64,000 bases of DNA from Candidatus Poribacteria bacterium (GCA_036339735.1 JAYZAL010000019.1:42859-106858), one strand, 5' to 3'; positions 8,871-17,926 are shown, counted from the stretch's first letter. Numbers and translations are program-made. The notes: a model not told the origin generated them from the sequence alone.

Positions 8871-11480
8871 TTAATCTTCTATAGAAAATAGTACGTCTCC
8901 CCCGCCTGCTTTTTGATTGTAGATCTGCTTTAAAATAGTCAACGAAGACAAAATCCAAATTGTTTTACTGGTTCTATCGGTTTCCCATTTGCGTCGACTA
9001 GAAAACCCTTTTTCTACATTGGAATCAGAATTCAGCATTTTCCTTAATCTTTTACTGAATTCTTTGAAGTCGCCTGTCCACTGATGATTTTGATCAGTTT
9101 TCTTAAGATAATCTCTGTACGAATTATAAACAAACTCTGTATCTATAATTTCAGTTCCTTCTTTCCTGATTCGGATACTAGTACCAAACAAATCACTAGG
9201 TCCTGCAATCTCTTCCTTCTCAATACATTGTTCAAACCAACCTACCATTGGGTCACTTTCTCGTAATTGTTCATAATAAGTCAAAGTTATGACACGTTCC
9301 TTCGGAAAATCAAATCCATCTATATCCCTTCGCATCATTAGTTCGAAAAAAGCTTCTTTGCCTCCATTATTCCACTCATCGTCTATGGACTGAAAAAAAT
9401 GGCTTTTTCTATCCGCTTGTTCCTTATTACGAATGTTTTCGGTCGCAAATTCTTCACTTACGTCAATAAATTGCCATCTACGGTCGCTCTCGGTTAAATA
9501 CACAACCCAACTGTCATTAGAGGCACAAATTACCCTCGAATAATTTGCATACTGAGTGGCATCAACAAATTTTTCCTCTACCGTTCGTTCACGTTCAGTG
9601 ATCAACGATTTCATTTTTCCTACATCATTTCGATTACCACCCCAAACAGCTTCATCAGAAAATATCAGTAGGTTATCTCTCATCCAAGCATTAAATTTAC
9701 CAGTTAATTTGTCAGCATCACCTGTTAAATGGAAATAGTGGGGACGAAATAACTTTCCTAACGTATCATTTATGAATTTCCCTTTACCTGTGCCTTCTTT
9801 ACTCCGTAGTACAATACTACACACACGTGAGTGTTTCGCCGGATTTTGAAACGCATCTGCTATCCAATTTAACAACCAGTCATATAACTTGTCGACTTTA
9901 TGTGTATCTGTCTGATAAAAAGGTTCCCCACTGGTATCTGAACCAACACGTTTTTTCTGATTTCCACAAATGACTTGTCGGATTAACTGCAAGTAGTTTT
10001 TACAATTATACTCAAGCTGTTGATTTGACAACCCTCTCATTCTTTGATAAATCTTAGGATTTAATTGCTTTACAAAACCACTCTTATCAGGATCCCCTCG
10101 CCAGTTATTATCTGGCGTTGCAGTTGACCAATCATCCCACAAATTCCACTTATCTGAATTATTAGGGTTTTTCCTACCCGAAGGATCAAAAATGAGCCCC
10201 TGATAAGTTCGTCTTCCTTCCCAATCTAGCCACAAACTCGCCAATTTAGCTTTTCGGTTCTTATGTCTGACAGATTGTGGATTTAATAATTTAAAGTCTG
10301 ACGGACGCATACCAACTCTTGGTACATGTGTTTGTTGAAGGTCATCATATTCTGTATGCATGATGCCAACTTTGCTACCTTGTTTTAAAACAGCATACTT
10401 ATGATTCAACAATTGAAGTTGTTCTAAAACAATATCATCATATTCAGTTTCGTTAGATGATTGCGTTACATCTCTATTTTTAATACCAAAATTTTGGCAT
10501 AACTCATCTATAACATCTGGTAAAGACATATTGCTATTTTTCGCAATAAAGTCCATGGCATCTAGCACCTTACCGTGGCTACAACCAGAATGACACTTCC
10601 ACTTATAAGTATCCATATTTATGTTTAAGGAAGGACGACTGGAACCTCGTCTTTCACCGTGTAAGGGACAAAACGTCACCATCCAATTACTACTGGTTAT
10701 ATTACCTCTCTCTACACCTTCAAAGATGTCTTCAAACTCTAGATTAGATATCAAATTTTGATATCTCCATCCTTTTTGATAAGAGGATACTTGAAACTGA
10801 GTTATCTTTGGTGAGTTTGGTGATATTTTTTTCTGGTGTGATTGGCTTGGTAAAATAGGTAATCGGTTATGTACATAATCCAAAATGGATTTACCTGATT
10901 GGTGAAAAATTTGGGCTTCAGTGATTTGATAACCAACTTCAGGAAAATCACCTGTAAAAATCCTAGCTAGATCTGTAGCATTTGTATCAAACCGTGAAAT
11001 TCCATCCGGTCGACAATAGGATCCTACAATAGTTTGTATTGATTGTTGATATTTATTTGGATCAGTTAACTCTTTTTGTAAGGGAAAATAAACATGAAAC
11101 TTAGGTCTTGCAACACGTATACCTGAGTTACTACGCTTGTTTTTATTATGATTTTTTGATTCAACAATCCAAAACTCGTAATCTGAAAAATCTGTTTGAA
11201 ATTGTTGAATAGTTGTCCAATCTTCAGGTTCATCCCATGCAGATGTTGGTTGACCATCGTTGTCTATATCTAGTGCAATGACATCTGCACTTAGCCAATT
11301 ATCAGTAGCACGTTCTTGGTTGTGGTAATGTCCCATCGCATGTACATAACGTACCGTTTCAATAAATTGTTCCTTTGTTTCTACTTGTTGTCGAACCGGC
11401 AATTGTCTTATATGCACAATATCGGTTTCATTTGCACGACAGAGATTAAAGGGAGTTATTGGCTTTGGGCTTGGAATCAT
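8871..11480 (-). CDS. Primase-polymerase / Zn-finger / SF3 helicase (DUF5906, NrS-1/P4-like) fusion
   Basis: AEP-like LDIDND and RPKFHVYFPL; CPLH..CHSGC Zn ribbon; Walker A SKEGTGKG, Walker B IFSDEA, CASN, DRRW. Confidence 0.8.
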   Translation of the reverse strand: MIPSPKPITPFNLCRANETDIVHIRQLPVRQQVETKEQFIETVRYVHAMGHYHNQERATDNWLSADVIALDIDNDGQPTSAWDEPEDWTTIQQFQTDFSDYEFWIVESKNHNKNKRSNSGIRVARPKFHVYFPLQKELTDPNKYQQSIQTIVGSYCRPDGISRFDTNATDLARIFTGDFPEVGYQITEAQIFHQSGKSILDYVHNRLPILPSQSHQKKISPNSPKITQFQVSSYQKGWRYQNLISNLEFEDIFEGVERGNITSSNWMVTFCPLHGERRGSSRPSLNINMDTYKWKCHSGCSHGKVLDAMDFIAKNSNMSLPDVIDELCQNFGIKNRDVTQSSNETEYDDIVLEQLQLLNHKYAVLKQGSKVGIMHTEYDDLQQTHVPRVGMRPSDFKLLNPQSVRHKNRKAKLASLWLDWEGRRTYQGLIFDPSGRKNPNNSDKWNLWDDWSTATPDNNWRGDPDKSGFVKQLNPKIYQRMRGLSNQQLEYNCKNYLQLIRQVICGNQKKRVGSDTSGEPFYQTDTHKVDKLYDWLLNWIADAFQNPAKHSRVCSIVLRSKEGTGKGKFINDTLGKLFRPHYFHLTGDADKLTGKFNAWMRDNLLIFSDEAVWGGNRNDVGKMKSLITERERTVEEKFVDATQYANYSRVICASNDSWVVYLTESDRRWQFIDVSEEFATENIRNKEQADRKSHFFQSIDDEWNNGGKEAFFELMMRRDIDGFDFPKERVITLTYYEQLRESDPMVGWFEQCIEKEEIAGPSDLFGTSIRIRKEGTEIIDTEFVYNSYRDYLKKTDQNHQWTGDFKEFSKRLRKMLNSDSNVEKGFSSRRKWETDRTSKTIWILSSLTILKQIYNQKAGGGDVLFSIED

Positions 11481-11691
11481 ATCCTTTCTTTCTCGTTATC
11501 CGAGGTTTTTTCAAAATCAGATTTTGGTGTGATATATAAGGATGAAAAAATCCGTCATTTTGTTTTAGGTCGTGGAGTGAAATTTTGCTAGTCGAACAAA
11601 ACAACACTACATCGAATAACACTTTTCGGGATGTTAATTGGAAGGTTCTGTTTCTTTTCCGGGTCTGGCTCGTCTGTTTCTTTTGATGTCA

Positions 11692-11876
11692 ATTTAAACA
11701 AAATTGAGCCTTGAAGTCAAGGTTAAAAAAGAGCTCGGGTGATATTTGGAAGGTCGATTTGGTTATTTAAAAGTTATCTAACCAGATTCTACAAGGGGAT
11801 TTAAACAAAGTTGGGCTTTGAAGTCAAGGCAAAAAAATTCGCTTGCTCTATATGGAGGGTCGGTTTGGCTATTTTA
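11692..11876. repeat. Two ~78-bp imperfect direct repeats 107 bp apart, each with a CCTTGA-AG-TCAAGG-type palindrome
   Basis: atttaaacaaaattgagccttgaagtcaagg...tggaaggtcgatttggttattt versus atttaaacaaagttgggctttgaagtcaagg...tggagggtcggtttggctattt. Confidence 0.8.
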
Positions 11877-11954
11877 TTCTGTCACCTTACATCACAAACA
11901 GTTTTTGTTTTTTTTGTTTTCTTTAACCTTTTTTCGTAATAAAAATACGAAAAT

Positions 11955-11981
11955 TGATTGTGATGATTGTGATGATTGTGG
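11955..11981. repeat. Three tandem 9-mers TGATTGTGA (iteron-like)
   Basis: tgattgtga tgattgtga tgattgtgg. Confidence 0.85.
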
Positions 11982-12011
11982 TCAGACCAGTAATATTGAG
12001 AAAAAGTTTAT

Positions 12012-12659
12012 CTACTGTAAAAGTATTCTACTAATTTGACTAGGGTTAAACTTATTTCCTTTTCCATTTGTATATCCCTTTTCTTCTAATAAATCGGCAA
12101 TTTTCCTCAGTGAAAAGCTCTTCTTTCTTAAACACTTAACTTTTTCAACAAGTACCGTATCTATTTCTTTATAAGACTTTCTACCACCAACTTTCCCTCT
12201 TCCACGTAGATCTAAATTACCTTCCGTAACACTTTTCCTACGTCTACGTCTACGTCCAGTTTCCAGTTTTAGCCCAGGTTTTTGGTAGATGCTAATAATT
12301 TGCAAAAGTTGCTGAGTTTCTATATCTAGTTGGTCCTCACCAGTAGCGTAAATTAAAAAAAGCCCGTATTCTCTCAAAAGATTGGTAGCTAGTCCACGCT
12401 CTAAGGGATTTGGACAGAAAACCTTTGGGCTATGACAGACTATTGTTGAAATGTTCTTTTCTTCGGTGAGTTGTAGTAAGTTACGAAATGTCTTTCTCTG
12501 TACTACAGCAACATTTTCCGCATCACGATCGATAAGATGTTTTCCTTGGGAAGTCCAACCGTGTTGCCTAAGGAATTTGTTAATCTGACGTTTTTGATCA
12601 AGTGGAATTTCGTTTCCTTGTGCTAAGGGATGGTAAACGATAACTTGTTTATTAGCCAT
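12012..12659 (-). CDS. Serine recombinase/resolvase-like protein lacking catalytic residues
   Basis: Resolvase-like spacing (VIVY..Q..I..F...G...D...R..F..LL); GGRK hinge; C-terminal SLRKIADLLEEKGY..F..SQISRIL; ATG 12659 has AAGGA upstream. Confidence 0.65.
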   Translation of the reverse strand: MANKQVIVYHPLAQGNEIPLDQKRQINKFLRQHGWTSQGKHLIDRDAENVAVVQRKTFRNLLQLTEEKNISTIVCHSPKVFCPNPLERGLATNLLREYGLFLIYATGEDQLDIETQQLLQIISIYQKPGLKLETGRRRRRRKSVTEGNLDLRGRGKVGGRKSYKEIDTVLVEKVKCLRKKSFSLRKIADLLEEKGYTNGKGNKFNPSQISRILLQ

Positions 12660-12741
12660 GTTGAATCTATCCTTACGGTTTTCTACCGACATATGGATAC
12701 GACAACAACAAGTAAAAGGTTTCAGAAAAAGTTTCATATAT

Positions 12742-12780
12742 AAAAAAAGGCCAATCTAGTTACTTTTAGATTGACCTTTC
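12742..12780 (-). terminator. Intrinsic terminator of the Gfo/Idh/MocA gene
   Basis: aaaggccaatcta...tagattgaccttt with the T-run on the minus strand. Confidence 0.65.
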
Positions 12781-12817
12781 CAAACTCTGACCGAAATCAA
12801 ATTTTTGTTTTAGCTCA

Positions 12818-13819
12818 TTACAAATCCGATATTAGAATTTCACGTCCTTCTTTAGCACTCAGAACAGCAGCAAAAACCATAGACATAGACTTTAGATTAT
12901 CTGCAGCATTACATTCAGGTTCTCGGTCCTCTTTAATCGCGCGAACAAATTCGTTAAGAACGGGATTTGGACCATCAATATCATCTAGATCGACTTGTTT
13001 GCGTATTGTTGGGTTTTGTCGATGATTAAGTGTCTGATAAAGATCAAATCCTTCCCAAGTCAAAGTACCTTTTGGTCCTTCATATCGCCATTCACCGTTA
13101 TGTCCAGCAGGAACATGTCCCATTGTACACCCAATACCTCGATGGGTTGCAAATACACCATTTTCGAATTTAAAAAGAATTATCTGACAAGCATCGCCCT
13201 GATGCCAACCCCAAGGCAAATTCCAAGTGATGGCTTGGGCACTAATTGGATCAACTCCTAATGTATATCTCATCATATCAAAATGATGAATTCCCATATC
13301 TGTCAGGAACATGTATGGTTCTGTCACATAATGGCTTCCTGGGCTATCAGCCCAATTTACATATAGTGAGACATCTAATTGTGCGATTTCACCAATTTTA
13401 TGATCTTCTATTAATCTTCGGGTTGTACGAGGTAGAGCGTTGAACCGGTAGTTTTGAGTAATCATGTGTTTGACATTAGCACTTTCGCCTGCAGATACAA
13501 TACGTTTAGCTGCATCAAAATCATCACTCAAAGGTTTTTCACCAAGTAAGTGCAAACCTAGATCAAAAGATTTCATTGCAATAGCTTCATGTACAGATGG
13601 CGGAGTAACATCAACAACGAAATCAGCCCCAAAACTCTGGGGTACATCGTTCAGATCTGCGAAAATTTTATTTTCTGGTATTCCCCTTTGATCAATAGCT
13701 CTTTGACGATTTTTCTCCGATGCTTCCACGTAGGCAACAAGTTCCACTTCCTTATGATCTTCACAAGCCGATAACCAGTGGTAGCCTCGACCGCCAAGTC
13801 CGACAAGGATTGCTTTCAT
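12818..13819 (-). CDS. Gfo/Idh/MocA oxidoreductase
   Basis: GLGGRG, EKPL, QNYRF, DMGIHHFD. Confidence 0.92.
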   Translation of the reverse strand: MKAILVGLGGRGYHWLSACEDHKEVELVAYVEASEKNRQRAIDQRGIPENKIFADLNDVPQSFGADFVVDVTPPSVHEAIAMKSFDLGLHLLGEKPLSDDFDAAKRIVSAGESANVKHMITQNYRFNALPRTTRRLIEDHKIGEIAQLDVSLYVNWADSPGSHYVTEPYMFLTDMGIHHFDMMRYTLGVDPISAQAITWNLPWGWHQGDACQIILFKFENGVFATHRGIGCTMGHVPAGHNGEWRYEGPKGTLTWEGFDLYQTLNHRQNPTIRKQVDLDDIDGPNPVLNEFVRAIKEDREPECNAADNLKSMSMVFAAVLSAKEGREILISDL

Positions 13820-14005
13820 AGTAACTCCTAAGTCCTAAGATCCATTTAAACAGTCAGCGATTATAACATCGATTCAAGCAACCAACAACAGCGAATTTAA
13901 GTAGAAAAGCTGGCAAATGTTTAAAAAAATCGTTATATTTCATTGGGTCTATTTTAGAGAGTCAGCCATAGACATTTGTCTGCCTAAACACAAGAAGAAA
14001 AAATT

Positions 14006-16300
14006 TTGATTAGTGTAAAAAATAAAAGATTATTTATCATATTTCTACTGTCATCAGTGATTGCCCTTGAAACCTATTCTAGTGAAATAAGGGGGAGAGT
14101 TCTTCGCCAAGGTTCACAAGAACTGGTTAGTGGAGTAATTGTGAAAGTTTTGGGAACGGATCAAAAATTTATAACCGATGATCAGGGAGAATTTGAAATA
14201 ACTGAACTACCAACTGGAACTTATCAATTAACCTTGACAAGATTCCGTTTTCGTTCAAAAACAATTGAAGTCTTGGTACTTGACGATCAACCCCTCGATT
14301 TAGACGTTCGGCTAGAAAGAATCGATTTCATCTTCGACGAAATAGTTGTGAGGGGGCAGCTTTTAACCGAATCGGTCAGTCGTCAAAGTGTGACTGGATT
14401 AGAAATAAAGCGTATACCGGGTGCTGGTGGAGATGCGTTGAGAGCTATCCAAGCTTTACCAGGTATCAAGGCTGGTGCAGATTTCGGAGGTCAACTTTAT
14501 GTCCGTGGTGGTGGACCAGAAGATAATCAGATCTATTTTGATCGTTATCCCTTGGCTAATGCTTATCATTTCGGAGGTTTAGTTTCAACTGTAAGTTCTG
14601 AAATTCTACAACGGATTGATATCTATGCTGGTGGATTTGGAGCTGAATATGGTCAGGATTCGCAGGCAATAATAGATATTTATTCGCGACCTGGTAATCG
14701 TAAGAACTTCAGTGGCAAAGTGAATTTAAATATTCTTTATGCTGAAGGACTGATAGAAGGTCCACTAGGGGAATCAGGGTCTTGGTATTTTGCAGGTCGT
14801 CGTAGTTATTTTGACCTTTTTCCGTTAGAAAGAGTAATAACGGTTATAACAGCATTCCCTAGATTCTGGGATTATCAAACACGATTTAACTACGAAATAA
14901 ACGAGAAATACCAAATAGATTTTACAGCATTTGCAGCTGATGATTTTGCAGAATTGGCTTTTACAGAAGAACAGCAAGATGAAGAAGAACTAAGAGGTGC
15001 CTTATACATAAAGAATTCGGCACATGTTCAAGGCTTCCACCTCCGTGCTTTGCTTACCCCACGCCTAACCTACGATTTTAATCTTTCTCACAACAAACAA
15101 TTAGTAAATTTCAAGATTGGTCAAGGATTCTTCCTTCGTATACAACCTGACGTGTATGATGTTAGACATGATGTAGTATATGAAATTTCGCCCAATGTAC
15201 GTTTAGAAACAGGTTTGTTAAATTCAATTGGTGACGTTGTCGTTCAGCTGTTTTTTCCTAATCCTCCGGAAGAGGGAGATCCGAATTACGATTTTTTAGA
15301 AGCCGAAAAGAATAGAGTTGATACACAACAGGAAGATTATCAAGTGGAAGGCTACGTTCAAACACGTTTTACTCTTGGGGAATACCTATCCTTTGCATTA
15401 GGAACTCGAGTCGATTATTCTGCAGATTTAACAGCTCAGCCAACGCCTCAACCACGTTTAAGTTTTAATTTAACAATGCCAGGATTACCACAATTAAGAT
15501 TAGCTTACGGCCGTTATATGCAAACACCGCAGCCACCTCAGTTTTTTGAACCTGGGGGGAATCCAGAACTTGAGGAAAGTCTCTCAGACCATTTTATCCT
15601 AGAAATCGAAAGAGCTTTTGAAAATGGTACAGTGCTCAAGGCTGCTGGTTATCGTAAGCAGTTGGATAAACAGATTGAACCTGATCCTGAGGAAAATCCA
15701 GTAAAAAATAAGAATTACCTCAATATTGGAGAAGGTTACGCACAAGGTGTCGAATTCTTACTCCAATATCGTCAAGGAGATCGATTTTTCGGTTGGTTGA
15801 GTTATGCAAGGTCTGTTTCCAAAAGAAGGGACGATCCAGATCAAGATTACCGATTTTATTCCTATGACCAAACACATATTGCAACTATCATCGCCAGCTA
15901 CAAATTTACCAAGACATTTGAGATTGGAGGAAGATGGCAGTATGCCACGGGAAACCCCTACACACCATTAACCTGTGAAGAAAATATTAGCAATCCATGT
16001 TACGAAAATATTATCAGTCCGAGAGATGGAAAAACTAGAAAAGTACCTCTCTATGGATCAATAAATTCTTTCCGTGTAGAACCATTTCATCGTCTCGATG
16101 TGAGAATCAGCAAAAATTTTGTTTTTGATACTTGGCAAATTGGAACCTACCTAGAATTAATAAATGCCTATAATCGAAAAAATGTCCTTCAGTTTAGCTA
16201 TGACGACGAGTATGAACGCGACAAGGATGGAGAAGTGAAGAAAGACATAGTAGGACAGTTACCATTGCTACCTTATTTCGGAGTAATCATTGAGTTTTAA
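14006..16300 (+). CDS. TonB-dependent receptor with N-terminal carboxypeptidase-regulatory-like domain
   Basis: Signal peptide; TDxxGxFxIxxLPxGxY; plug LPGI..LYVRGG..YHFGG..GGFGAEYG; RLDVR..YLELINAYN; C-terminal Phe. Confidence 0.9.
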   Translation: MISVKNKRLFIIFLLSSVIALETYSSEIRGRVLRQGSQELVSGVIVKVLGTDQKFITDDQGEFEITELPTGTYQLTLTRFRFRSKTIEVLVLDDQPLDLDVRLERIDFIFDEIVVRGQLLTESVSRQSVTGLEIKRIPGAGGDALRAIQALPGIKAGADFGGQLYVRGGGPEDNQIYFDRYPLANAYHFGGLVSTVSSEILQRIDIYAGGFGAEYGQDSQAIIDIYSRPGNRKNFSGKVNLNILYAEGLIEGPLGESGSWYFAGRRSYFDLFPLERVITVITAFPRFWDYQTRFNYEINEKYQIDFTAFAADDFAELAFTEEQQDEEELRGALYIKNSAHVQGFHLRALLTPRLTYDFNLSHNKQLVNFKIGQGFFLRIQPDVYDVRHDVVYEISPNVRLETGLLNSIGDVVVQLFFPNPPEEGDPNYDFLEAEKNRVDTQQEDYQVEGYVQTRFTLGEYLSFALGTRVDYSADLTAQPTPQPRLSFNLTMPGLPQLRLAYGRYMQTPQPPQFFEPGGNPELEESLSDHFILEIERAFENGTVLKAAGYRKQLDKQIEPDPEENPVKNKNYLNIGEGYAQGVEFLLQYRQGDRFFGWLSYARSVSKRRDDPDQDYRFYSYDQTHIATIIASYKFTKTFEIGGRWQYATGNPYTPLTCEENISNPCYENIISPRDGKTRKVPLYGSINSFRVEPFHRLDVRISKNFVFDTWQIGTYLELINAYNRKNVLQFSYDDEYERDKDGEVKKDIVGQLPLLPYFGVIIEF

Positions 16301-16704
16301 TGGCTAAATTAACGTCGAGCAGACTAGTTTCCCGAATAACCTTTCTTTTTCTTTCATTTCAAATTTTTTGTTTGCTCTCCTGTTCTGTGTTTGGTGGAAA
16401 TTCATGTGGGGGGTTAGAAGATTTGGGTCAGTCTGCCCCAAATGATTGCTGCCCTTATCATACATCCAATTCCACAGAAAAGTGTTGTTGGAAAACTGTA
16501 GTTATTACAGATCAAAAAAAGCCTCTTAAAATCTCTACGTCTGGTAACCAAAAAGGGTCTACATTTTTAGCATCTAGTCAAAGTGTGTTGGAGAGACAAA
16601 AGCTTGAGGGTCAAATTTGTTTTGTTTTTGTTTTGATTCCTCATATTTCTTCAAAAGAATCACTATCCTTACCAAATCGATCGCCTCCTATCTCCATAAT
16701 TTGA
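16300..16704 (+). CDS. Cys-rich leader protein with C-terminal RSPP (DUF2946/CruR-like putative arrest peptide)
   Basis: TAATG coupling to the receptor; hydrophobic N-terminus; CLLSC, SC, CCPYH, KCC; ends NRSPPISII. Confidence 0.7.
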   Translation: MAKLTSSRLVSRITFLFLSFQIFCLLSCSVFGGNSCGGLEDLGQSAPNDCCPYHTSNSTEKCCWKTVVITDQKKPLKISTSGNQKGSTFLASSQSVLERQKLEGQICFVFVLIPHISSKESLSLPNRSPPISII

Positions 16705-16763
16705 GTTTTGTTGATGAGTAAAATGAAAATTATGAAAAAACGACCTAAGCTATTATGGAGATA
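16689..16763 (+). promoter_or_regulatory. Anti-SD/SD stem (translational attenuator)
   Basis: TATCTCCATAAT (16689-16700) is the exact reverse complement of ATTATGGAGATA (16752-16763), which contains the GGAG SD of ATG 16768. Confidence 0.72.
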
Positions 16764-16767
16764 ATAA

Positions 16768-17823
16768 ATGAAAGATAGAAAAAAGTGGATCTTGTTGGCA
16801 ATATTGTTTTTTATTTTAAATTCGATACCATATGTCATTGCTCAAGATGCTTGAGGTGCCTGAAGTAACCCCATAATCCCTGAAATGGGGCCGAGCCGTG
16901 AGCTCGATATAGAAACGAAGAAAAAATTTCGATTCACTTTTAACGTCACACGTTCTTTCAATGCAGAAGGTGGACATAGTGAAACAGGCGGATTGACAAC
17001 CGATGGTCGACTAATCGAAATTGGAAACCATTGGCATCACGTGTCTATGTCAATGAGCCGTTTTAATTTAGGACTGCATTACCAATTAAATCCTCGAACT
17101 AAGCTAGCACTAGTCTTACCATATAGTATTAAAAATCAGTCAGCTGAAATTGAATGGGAAGCCTCAAACCCAAGTGTGAGTGACCAGGATGCAGCTATCC
17201 GGAATGGTTATATCCATCATAGAGATGAAACATATCGTGGGTTTGAAGATCTGAATTTAACGACTAACTACCACTGGAATGGGTTTACATCTATAAAAAA
17301 CGACAGAATTACTCTGTCTGCTGGGTTGTCTATACCAACGGGTAAAATTGAACCTGATCCATATAAGCTCGGCGACGTAGGAAAAAAACATTTACATCTG
17401 CAGTTTGGTACAGGAACACTAACTCCAAGTTTCCAAGTTATCTACATATTGCCAGTAAACGATTTGCTGTCGGTACAATCTCGGTTATCATTTCGACGTC
17501 CCTTCTACGAAAACAAGTATAGTTTTCTGTCTCCTCCAGAAACAAGTACCTATTTTGGTATAGCATTAAAAGTCTCGAATATCCTGAGATTACATGGGTC
17601 TTGGATGGTATTTAGGCAAGGATTTGGGTATTGGGATGGAAATAGAGATCGAAATACTGGTATGCAAATGCATGCTTTACAATTGGGAACAAACACAACA
17701 ATTGGTCGAAAAACCCCTTTAAATATTAGCGTAATTGTACCTATCCATCAACAAATGCTTAGTACGGGGGATACATTCGAGCATGGTATTCTATTGTCGT
17801 CTAGTGTTTCTCATGTCTTTTAA
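16768..17823 (+). CDS. Putative selenoprotein (UxxU) outer-membrane beta-barrel channel, COG4313/MetA-pathway-like, His-rich
   Basis: GGAG+ATG 16768; MKDRKKWILLAILFFILNSIPYVIAQDA-TGA(16852)-G-A-TGA(16861)-SNPIIPE in frame with the 16885 ORF; GLSIPTG..LQFGTG; terminal Phe. Confidence 0.75.
16869..16906 (+). promoter_or_regulatory. Candidate bacterial SECIS hairpin(s)
   Basis: CCCCAT-10nt-ATGGGG (16869-16890) and CGAGC-CGTGA-GCTCG (16892-16906) directly 3' of the two UGAs. Confidence 0.5.
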
Positions 17824-17834
17824 AACTAACTAAA

Positions 17835-17864
17835 TTGACAGTCAGAGGTCTGAATTGTTAGAAT
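17835..17864 (+). promoter_or_regulatory. Sigma70-type promoter
   Basis: TTGACA-18nt-TAGAAT with extended -10 TG. Confidence 0.65.
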
Positions 17865-17926
17865 GGGATAGTTTATGGGAAGCCATTTGGCAGTTTAGGT
17901 CAGGCAATGAAAATTAAGGAGTTTCT

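Larger units (their letters stand above)
8793..12735. mobile_element. Putative integrated replicon or satellite remnant (~3.9 kb)
   Basis: CAGAAAAAGTTTC direct repeat at 8793-8805 and 12723-12735 enclosing a primase-helicase, a repeat region and a recombinase-like gene. Confidence 0.55.

Noticed and set aside
11692-11981. CRISPR array
   Set aside because: Only two or three long, imperfect units; no repeat-spacer periodicity; no cas genes
11818-12039. Small ORF with CDDCDDC as a metal-binding peptide
   Set aside because: The motif is simply the translation of the 9-bp DNA tandem repeat; no SD; low-complexity sequence
16852-16863. Genome-wide UGA reassignment (code 4/25) as the explanation of the two TGAs
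   Set aside because: TGA ends full-length genes here (e.g. 2481, 23206, 52222), and conserved genes use TGG for Trp with no internal TGA
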